From NCBI RefSeq assembly GCF_009914755.1, contig NC_060931.1: DNA of 64,000 nt; one strand, given 5' to 3'. The notes beneath the pieces are model-generated. The model was not told where the DNA came from. It searched no databases and was given only the letters and a program-made list of their open reading frames with translations. Positions 53,830 to 64,000 of the stretch are shown here, one piece after another. This DNA is from the human T2T-CHM13v2.0 reference genome, Homo sapiens. Every line of letters starts with the position of its first letter. Position 1 is the stretch's first letter. The translations under genes and the position numbers were made by a program.

Positions 53830-56210
53830 ATTTTTTATTCATGTTTATGTGACATGTTTGGAATAGGTGGTGCAAGATGGTGATGAGAAATACTTGGGTA
53901 AGGTTATAGGCAGCATGGCAAAGTAATTGGGAGCACTTGGAAGCACAAACTCTGGAGCTAGCTAAACTCGTTTACTAGTTGTGTGACTTTGGATATTCAC
54001 TTAATCTCTCTCTGCCTCAGTTTCCTCATCTCTAAAATGGGGACTATGATAGCAACAACTTGGCAGGATTGTTGAGAGGAGTGAATGAGTTAGTAGAGTG
54101 CTTAAACAGACCTGGCACAGGGTTACCACCACATGAGTAAGCATTTTAATTAGAATAATGCCAGATGCTATAACACATACATTCCCACATCTTAGTGGCT
54201 TAATGCAGTCAAAGGTCATTTCCCACTTGCATCATGGTCCAATGGGGATGTTTCTGGTTGGGTTGCATTGTTTGTGGTCATTTAAGAACCCAGACTCCTA
54301 ACATCCTATGGCTCTCTCTCTAAATCACTGGCTCTCAAAGTAGATCCAAGAACCCTGGGTTCCCTGGGACCATTTCAAATTCAGACCATTTCCACAAGGC
54401 CCTCCTTTTCCAACTGTGTCTCTGCAAAAGCCTGGATTTTTTTTCATATTCTTCAACCAACACAACAAGTGAAATATAGGACCAGATGTGAGAATCCAAC
54501 TGTCTTCTATCAAGTTAGATAACAAAGAGATTTGCAAAAACGTGACATAATGCTACTTTTGTCATTTTTTTGTTTGAGCCAATATGGTTAATTTTTATGT
54601 AAAAACTACTTATATTAGCACGTAGGGCCTATAAAATTTATATTTTTGTATTTTTAATGTATTAATATTCTGAAGTTTTCTTTGTAAGTATAAACTGATG
54701 CAACCCACAGAAGCAAAAGCTTTTTGGGGTCCTAAATAAAGAATATAAAGAGGTTCTGAGACCAGAGTTGAAGATGCAATGATGTAAATCCTGAGAGGCT
54801 TTTCTGGTCAGCTGGAAAATGAGTCTCTTTGGGCCGCACTGGGGAGGTTTCTATGGGCCAGTCCTGGAAGTAGCACATCATTTCCACTCGCATTTTCATT
54901 GAGTGGGGACTGTAACTGGCTACTGCTCAAGAGAAAGCAGAAATGGATGGGTCACCACCTCCCAATCTTTACAGTAGTTGACTGTTTTCAAGGGTTTATT
55001 GCCTCTTGCCCTATGCATATCACAAGTATCTTGTTTAGTGTTCTCCAAGAGCAATAACATTTGGTTTCATATACTCAGACCACTTCAGAAAATTCCAGAA
55101 TGAGCCTAGTTTTTGCCCTAGTCATTTGGAAGTTGGCAGACACTTATCTGAAATAGCTATGCATTTAACCAAGTAAGTAAAAGAAGAGATATCAGTCTTT
55201 TTAGAATCAGGTGGTATTGCAGTAAGAGTGAAATAGTCTATAAACATTTCTGATCTCCTTTGAAACTAACAGTAAGAGATGGTGGGAACTAAATTTAGAG
55301 ACTCTTTTGTTTGTTTTGTTTTTGGTTCGCTTTGATATCTGATACCAATTATATAAAATCTACTTTATAAGTTGAGAAATTGATGACCTTTGACAAGAAA
55401 CACACAGGTTGCCCATCTTACACTTTTTGGAACAAAGCATGAGTTACACACACACAGACACACACACACACCCATACTTCAAGGTTCAGTTCCCTGGAAT
55501 ATGTGTTCAAGGTTCAGTTCCCTGGAAAATGTGATTGAGTTTTATACTAAAGCTTTGAGAGCAGGACTTGAGTGGGTCCTAGTACAGACTTAGATAAAAT
55601 TATAAGGTAGAAATTTGATTTTTATATTTGTTGTGACTAGATTAATTTTAGATGTTTATATTACATATAAATTTGGAAATGTATCTAACAATATGGTGTA
55701 CTTTTGTGCTTTATATGGACTTTATTATATATAGGAACCTTGCGTAATTAGCGTATAGCTATTTAAGCTTCGTAGCTATATCTTCGATTTCATATGCTGT
55801 TTGTGTTATAATTAATTGGCAGTATAAGACCTCTGTAAAGAATAGAAGCACGCTGTTCCAAGGAGAAAAGGTAAATCCACTTTAGGATGCTCCCCTTTAG
55901 GAGGCCATTTCTACTGTACTTAGAAAGAAACACGCTTTGCATAGGATATATTGCTTAATATTTTCTTAGAGTTTAAAGGTAGCAAATCTTTGTTGAGTAA
56001 CAGAGTCCAGCTAAAAGATTTAAACTGTGCAGGGCATTTGTTGTTTCCTGAACAGAAAGGCCAAGATATGGTGGTTTCAGGATGCGTTGGAGCTGATGGT
56101 TTTGTCATGGACCCAGGCTCTTTTCATTGCCCCTCTGCCAGCCCCACTACATGGCCTACCCCCTTGATTTGGTCAACAAGTGCACAGGAAGATTGCTGTT
56201 CCATCACAGG

Positions 56211-56615
56211 TGTTAAAAGCTTTAGACAAATTAAATTTAACGCAGTTTAGTTGAGCAAAGAATGATTCTAGAATCAGGCAGTCCCTAGAACCAGAATAGG
56301 TTCTGAGTGACTTGGGGCTGCCACGTGGTCAGATAACATTTATGGACAGCAAAAAGAAAGTGTTGCACAGAAAATGAAAGTGAGGTGCAGAAACAGCTGG
56401 ATTGGTTACAGCTGGGCCGTGGCCTTTTTTGAGTCTGCTCTAAACAACTGGCCACATTTGGTTGGCTAAAGCTCAGCTACGAGAGTAGTTTACACATCAA
56501 AAAGTCTGTTTACGCATCAGAGTAGGTTACCATTCACTATGTATGGAGATGAGACACCTTTAGGCCAAACTTAAAATATGTACGAAGGCAGTTTTAGGCC
56601 AAGCTTAACTTAACA
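56211..56615 (-). mobile_element. MER57-like ERV1 solo LTR, nested in an older MLT1 relic (about 55980-56940)
   Basis: TG...CA termini (tgttaaaag ... cttaaca), 4-bp flanks cagg/gagg, internal cagctggattggttacagct and ctttaggccaaacttaa. Confidence 0.75.
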
Positions 56616-59320
56616 GAGGCATCACGTGACAATGTCCTAAGCAGAGGGTAAGAAAGATGATAGCAAAAAAAAAAAAAAAAAAAAAAGGGGACTTCTCCAC
56701 TTCTCCATCCCTCCCTTTACAGGAGAAAGCCTCTCCCCAGCGGACTTTCCCTCACTGACCCCTGCTCTGTCCCATGCCCTCCTGTAAGCCAGTCATTGAC
56801 AAAGTGAACAAGGAGCCATAATTGGCTTGGACTGTTCTTAGTCAATTCCTGGGATCCTTGCATGTTGCTGCCTAAGCCTAGTCAGGGTCCTGCTGGCGAG
56901 TAAGAAAGAGAGAGTAACTGGGGGGCAGAGAATCTGCCCCCAAGCCTAACCAGTAAGCGTACCTGGTATAGGGAACACCCACAACTCATAGAATATGATC
57001 AAAGTGCAACTGTCCAATTAAAACGCTTACATTTAGGGAAGTTTTGCCCCTGCTCCTGGGATAAATGCTCTGTTATGCCCCCTGACTTTTCTAGCCACTT
57101 GTAGCTAATAGAAGGCCCTACCATCACTTTCAATCTCAAAACACAGGCTTATTTTGACAATCAGAATTCCTAGTCCTGAATAATACTAGAAAATCCAAAC
57201 TGGATTATAGAGTTAAATCTCTCCTCCCTTAGCCACGGCTAACTTCGGGAGGGTGCCTGCTGCCTGGCAAGGGATGAGATCAGCTTCTTCCCTCATATTT
57301 CACCCTTGTTCCCTAGCTCACTGCCCATAGGGTAGGGATGCAAAGAGTGGGGAGAGTTCTTCCTTGACTGAGACCATCCTAAGAAGGCTTCACACTTACT
57401 GGGCATGGTGGGCACGTTTGTGGGTTCTTAGAAGGTTGGTTGGTCCACTAGACCCCTCTGACTACAGTTCTTGCAACAGAAGAAATACATAAGTGGCGAT
57501 ATAACTTCTTCTAAACTGTCTGCTAAACCGGACAGTGAAAGTGGGAGTGAATGGGGCAGGGGTAGTCATGATTTCACCAGGCCAACAGTCATGAACCGAG
57601 ACCATCTAACACCTGTATTGGGCAATCAGGGAGGAGGGCCACAGGGCCACCTTAGCAATGCACAGATTCTCCAGTGGCCACACTCCCATCAGCCCCTGCT
57701 TTTCCAACAAAGAACTCTCTTTTCAAGTCCCTTAACCTTCCAGATGGTCCTGATGGCCTGATTTTGAGAAATGCTCAGTTAGGTGGAAATGCTATTGCTT
57801 TCCAGACAGGGCCCTCTCATCTCACCCTGCGGGCTGACAGCCTTGGGATCTCACCCTAAGATGGCTCAGGTAGCTTCAACTTCGGTTAAGTGCCCTCCAT
57901 TTCTGCAGGATTTAGGGGTTTGGGACTCACAGCTGAGTGGATCAAAAGAATCTCCTTATGAATCCTTTCCTAGTGTTCAACCACCTTCCCTGTTTTTTTT
58001 CACTGCCAGTGTGAGTGTGGGATCTAAGAGTTGTGAACCGGTTTTCCCTGGTTCCTTTGATACACTGCCTTTTGACGGTGTGCCTCACTGTGAAATTCCG
58101 TAGCTATTCCTACGGTGAAACATTCAGTCATAACATCCTGACCCAGAAGCATGAATGATATGTCTTGCTATAATACAGTGATGTCCCAATAGGCTATTGG
58201 CATTCTTCAGGGGTCCAAGTTCCCACAAGGGATAGCCCAAGGCTAATACCTTTTCTAGTCTAGTATTGTTTGCTATTCTCTTCCTGCTGTCAGCTATGAA
58301 CTCTACCCACTTCCCTCTCCCCATAATTTGTCTCCAAGTTTGCTGATCAGGGCAACCCAGAAAGCAATGGAGCTTTTCAAGGTTGGCCAATTAAAGGATC
58401 CTAACTCAGGAATCTATACTATACTCGCCTACTAAGCCATAAGTACAATGGAAGTGTGGGTATGTGCTGGAAGGAATCAACATCATTAGTAAATACATAT
58501 GGAAATGTGATCCATTTCGCTGTACCTGGCAGACCTGTATTTAATAGTTTTAGACTGAAGAACAGAGGACAACAGATGTAAAATCATTTTATAATGATCC
58601 CTGGATTATTTTGGACTAGCTATGCGTCACGGGTAATCCTGGTTTATCTCTCGTTGTTGTTTTGTTCATCGTTAGGGTATTTTCAGCAGCTGTCCCTGGC
58701 CTTTTGGAATATAATTATGTTTTTCTCTGGAGCTATAATTTGTCTGCTGCAACCAGAAGAAAAAGGTTTGTGTGGAACCAGAGCTGACAACTGGGAGGCT
58801 GTAGCTCCGGCATTCTTCTGTTGGCGACAGCTCTGTAACTCCTAGTGTATAAAAAGACATTCCAGAAAATGGTTACCAAAAAGAATTCTTGCACGGATAT
58901 AGTTTTTCCATCAGAGGGATCAGCTCTTACTGGCAGGAGTGCTTTATTTAGGGCTATTTCTTTCATTCAGTGTTTAAGTCAGCAGACACTTATCATGACC
59001 CTATAATGCCAAATGCACAGTGCTACATGCCGTGGGGGGAGATTTTTTTTTGTTACACTTTGGCAAAAAGTGATGTGTACACAAAGAAATAGAATACAAA
59101 GTCATAGTTGCTTTATGTTCTATTGTGATAAGGTCCGGAAACCCAAAAAGGACCTTTGGGGTCAAGGAAAATCTTGTGAGTGAAATGGGATTTGAAAGAT
59201 GTGTAGAACTGGGAAGGACTGGGCTGAAGGGAGTTGGCAAGAGCCAAGGTCACGGAGTAGGAAGTACCAGTGTATTTTCCTTGTCTTGACCATAAGTGAT
59301 TATTTATATTACAGTGACTA

Positions 59321-59829
<509 letters not shown>

Positions 59830-60189
59830 TTACAGTTCTCTGTTAACCACAACTGAAAGAGATAAACCGGTAGTGTGTCCTGGATGTGCACCAACCTCTG
59901 AGGATCTTCCCTCTTGGCCATCTTTTCTTCCTCTCCTAATTTGTACTCTTTTCCTTGGTAAAATGAAAAGTGCACTAAGATAGATTAGGTGGTGGGGGTT
60001 TTGAACCTCACCAGGAAAGCCTATGCAGTTTCACTTTCTTTTGTAAGTATCTGCATTCTTTGCCCCGCATCACCACACTAGTCAACTAGATGCTGCTAAT
60101 GTGGTTCTGATTATAACTCGTCTGCATCCCAGAGAGCTAGGAGTGTCTGTAACCCACCATGTTCTCTGCCATGAGAAATGTAAAGGCCC

Positions 60190-60620
60190 CTTGTCAGTTT
60201 CATCAGGCTGCTATAGCAGATACCATGAACTGCATGCCTTAGAACAACAGACCTTTTTTTTTTTTCTTCTCAATTCTGGAGGTGGTAAGTCAGAAGTCAA
60301 GGTATTTTCTGGGCCATGCTCTCTCTGAAGGCTCTAGGGGAGGATCTTCTCTGGCCTCTTCCTAGTTTCCGGTGGTTGCCAGCAGTCCTTGACTACCTCA
60401 TTCCAATCTCTGCCTCCATTGTCACATGGCATTTTCTGTGTGGGTCTCTGTGTACAAATTCCTCTTTCCTTATAAGGAATCCTGTCATTGGATTAGGGCC
60501 TATCTTAATCCAATATGACCTCATCTTAACTTTATTACATCTGCCAAGATCCTATTTCCAAATAAGGCCATAGTCGCAGGTACTGGGGTTGAATATATCT
60601 TTTGGAGAAGGTCACCACAG
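60190..60620 (-). mobile_element. MLT1A/B-like MaLR LTR
   Basis: ggctgctatagcagatacca...ttctggagg...cattggattagggcc...atccaatatgacctcatcttaac...ctatttccaaataagg. Confidence 0.75.
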
Positions 60621-60685
60621 GTCTAAAGACATAGTTCTTTCCTTCAGAAACTTGTCATGTACAGTATTTGGAAAAGATATTAACA

Positions 60686-61005
60686 GGCCAGCACAGTGTC
60701 TCATGCCTGTAATCCTAGCAATTTGGAAGGCCAGGGCAGGCAGATAGCTTGAGGACAGGAGTTTGAGACCAGCCTGGGCAACATGGCAAAACCCCATCTC
60801 TACAAGAAATACAAAAAATTAGCCAGACATGGTGGCATGCACCTGTAGTTCCAGCTACTCAGGAGCTGAGTTAGGAGGATAGCTTAAGCCCGGAAAGTCA
60901 AGGCTTCAGTGAGCCAAGATTGCACCACTGCACTCCAGCCTGGGCAACAGAGCGAGACCCTGTCTCAAAAAAGAAACAAAAACAAGCAAACAAACAAAAA
61001 AACCA
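60686..61005 (+). mobile_element. AluJ
   Basis: Diverged dimeric Alu with an AAAC-type tail. Confidence 0.85.
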
Positions 61006-61242
61006 ACCAGATCATAATGAGAGAATGAAAAATAGAAGCCAGTAAACATATCCATCTGTTCATCAATTATTTTTTAAGAGCCAAATGAGAGAAACCAAAA
61101 GTGAATGGTTTAGGAGAGGAGAGTGATTTCCAAAGCTTGGGCTCTGGACCAGAGACCAACAGCTTCTGCATCACCTGGGGGAACTGTTAGAAATGCAAAT
61201 ACTTGGGTCCCAGCTCAGACTTTCTGAGTCAGATACTGTGGG

Positions 61243-61583
61243 GGTCACATGTCACTTAATGACAGGGATTCATTCTGAGAAGTGTGTCATTAGGTGATTT
61301 TGTCATCATGCAAACACCATAGAGTGTACTTACACAAAGTAAGTGGTAGAGCCCACTACATACCTTGGCTGTATGGTGTGGCCTATTGCTCCTAGGCTAC
61401 AAACCTGTGCAGCATGGTACTGTACTGAATTCTGGGGGCAACTATAACACAATGGTGAGTATTGTGTATCTAAATATATCTAGACACAGACAAGGTACAG
61501 TTAAAATTATAATATTATAATCTTATGGACCACCATGGTATATGTGGTCTGTCATTGACCAGTCATTATGCGGTACATGACTA
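61243..61583. mobile_element. Tigger3a/MER7-like Tc1-mariner element nested in MER5A
   Basis: cacttaatgacaggga...ttctgagaagtgtgtcattaggtgatttt...gcctattgctcctaggctacaaacctgt...gtcattatgcggtacatgact. Confidence 0.8.
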
Positions 61584-63191
61584 AATTTTAATAAGCCCTC
61601 CAGGTAACTCTGATACAGGCTGTAGGTTAAGAACCACCAGTCTAGGAATTCAGAAAAAGCACTTTTCTTCAAGCTGGAGTGGATAAAACTGCCAGCAGCA
61701 GCCAAATAAATCATTAAGCTGAGAAAAAAAATTATGCACACTTCTCTAAATCCTATCAGAAGCGCCTCCTTTTTTTTTTTTTTTCTTTTTTCATGTTTTG
61801 GATCATGAGAAGGGGTGAAAGTTGGATTCTAGGAGATAATCGGCCCAGAATTTTAACTAAGGTGTGGAATGAAGCAGTCTTCTCTCACTAGATTTTGCTT
61901 GCCCTAAAGATGCAACATCTGCCCTGTAAACACAAATGCAGCATGCATGGCAAGCCCTGGAGTGACGCCTCAAGTTGGAGACCATAGAATACTAGAGAGG
62001 CACACCCAAACCTTTGAATTCCCTCCAGCCCTGGGGATCTCCTGAAAGGGCATATTCTGATTGGGGACTGGGCTGGGGTTCAAGATTCTGCATCTCTCAG
62101 CAGCTCCCAGGGATGCTGGGCTGCTGATCCAGAGACCACGCTTTGACCAGTAAGACTAGGGAGCATGTCAAGGACTCCAGTACCTATCCACATTTTTTAA
62201 AGTAGGTAAATTGGCTTTTATATACCTATGCTTATAGTTGAATATTTTGTTTGAATATTGACTATTATGCTTGAATATTGATTATTTGAATATTACGCTT
62301 GAATATTGATGGGAAAAAAGCTGCCAACTTATAGGTGCTCAACAAGCATTTGTTAAGGTATAGTTTTGACCTTGGAGTTTCATTTCAGTCCCCGTTGTCC
62401 CCAGCTTGGCTATGTGAAGGGCACCCTGACCCTGGACTAAAGAGAGACAGCCCTGCCTTCTGATTCTTAATGGCATTTGGTCTCATGCACTTCCAAGGAT
62501 TGTGCCTGGTGACACCCCCCAAAAAAGTATTTGAATTCTCCAAAGACAGACTATAGACCACACCGTTTGTCCCCTAAGTTATTAACCAATCATGTGAATA
62601 TAAACCAACAAATTTCTGATACTTCTGATTCTCTCTTAATTGGGATGATATTTGAATAAATAACTTCCAGTGTACATTCAGTGAAATAGGTTCCTAAGTA
62701 TTGGGCTTACAATACACATTCACAGAATTCCCCGGGTCTTAAACTTTTATATTCCAATCAATCCTAACCTTTTTTTTTAAGCTACACTTTAATATCAGTT
62801 TATTGCTTCTTATTAAAATTAATAATAATAATAATAATAAAATTTACTCTTTGATCTTACTGTTACATAATATGCTCACTGAATAATAAGTAGAGGATAC
62901 AGATAAGCAACAAAGATAATAAAGGTTTTTGAAATCCACCAGAGATACTATTTCCTGCCAATGTCTACATCTATGTAAATATATATTTGTTGTATCTTTA
63001 AATTTTAAATTTTTCAGTATTTTATTGCCATATTCTTACAAAAGTCATTTAAATATTACATCTTCATTGTACACAAATTAGACAATAAAGATTTAAGAAA
63101 ACATTTGTTGAGCATCTGTACCTGACCTAGTAGAGATTTCCAAGGCCATATGCTGGTGCATATCTTCTCAGCATTTAAGATATCTAAAACC

Positions 63192-63546
<355 letters not shown>

Positions 63547-64000
63547 CTAAGAGGCTTAGCATAATTTCTCTCCTGGGTAGATAGCTCTTTGCTTAGGGAA
63601 AAAAAAAATACCTATATAGATTATTTCGAAAGAAAAAGCCTTCAGAGCATAGTCTGAAAAAGACAGGAATAAAATAAAAAGCTATTATATCATTTATATT
63701 TAAGTTAAATATACAAATATATATACATGGAGCCCAGAGGGGTCAGAGCAAGAGGCTAGAGCTTCATTGGGGTGTCAAGGTCAGTAAGAATGGCTGAAGA
63801 GCTTTAAGAACCCAGGTGTCTAACATATAATTTTGAGTGGATTTCTAGATGATACTTTAACGAAGCTGTCCCTCCTGGTCTTACCTCACCCTTATCTCTT
63901 AGTGTAGTAAAATCTGCAACACATGTAGATTTGAGAGTGGAACATATGGGGATAATGGTGATGTCTGTCATGGATACTGGTGGGCAGAAAAAGGACAGTC

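Overview
Primate (human-type) genomic DNA from inside CHN2 (beta-chimaerin, a Rac-GAP), which is transcribed on the + strand. Only three coding exons lie in the window (19541-19572, 24232-24345, 26400-26685). They have canonical AG/GT boundaries and splice into one open frame, [25 protein letters not shown]...[48 protein letters not shown]...TAVEK, which is the SH2 domain and linker of beta2-chimaerin. The rest is intron, full of Alu, L1, L2, MIR, MaLR/ERV LTR and DNA-transposon relics. Nearly all ORFs in the supplied track are repeat-derived or chance. The most striking unexplained signal is a ~1.05-kb block (35942-36996). Its left ~780 bp are almost devoid of C and its right ~280 bp almost devoid of G. 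The minus strand of the left part reads as a gammaretroviral Gag capsid in which Trp, Asp, Glu and Ala codons carry G-to-A changes, and the right part looks like a G-to-A-edited LTR end in the opposite orientation. This fits an APOBEC3-hypermutated, internally inverted ERV fossil. Other points of interest are an ancient microhomology-flanked local copy of L2 sequence inside a MER20, a 41-bp hairpin minisatellite inside a mariner relic, and an exon 4-6 cassette of 432 nt with phase 0 at both ends, which would give an endless ORF if back-spliced. Gene identity, exon numbers and repeat family names are from recall of known sequences, not database searches.
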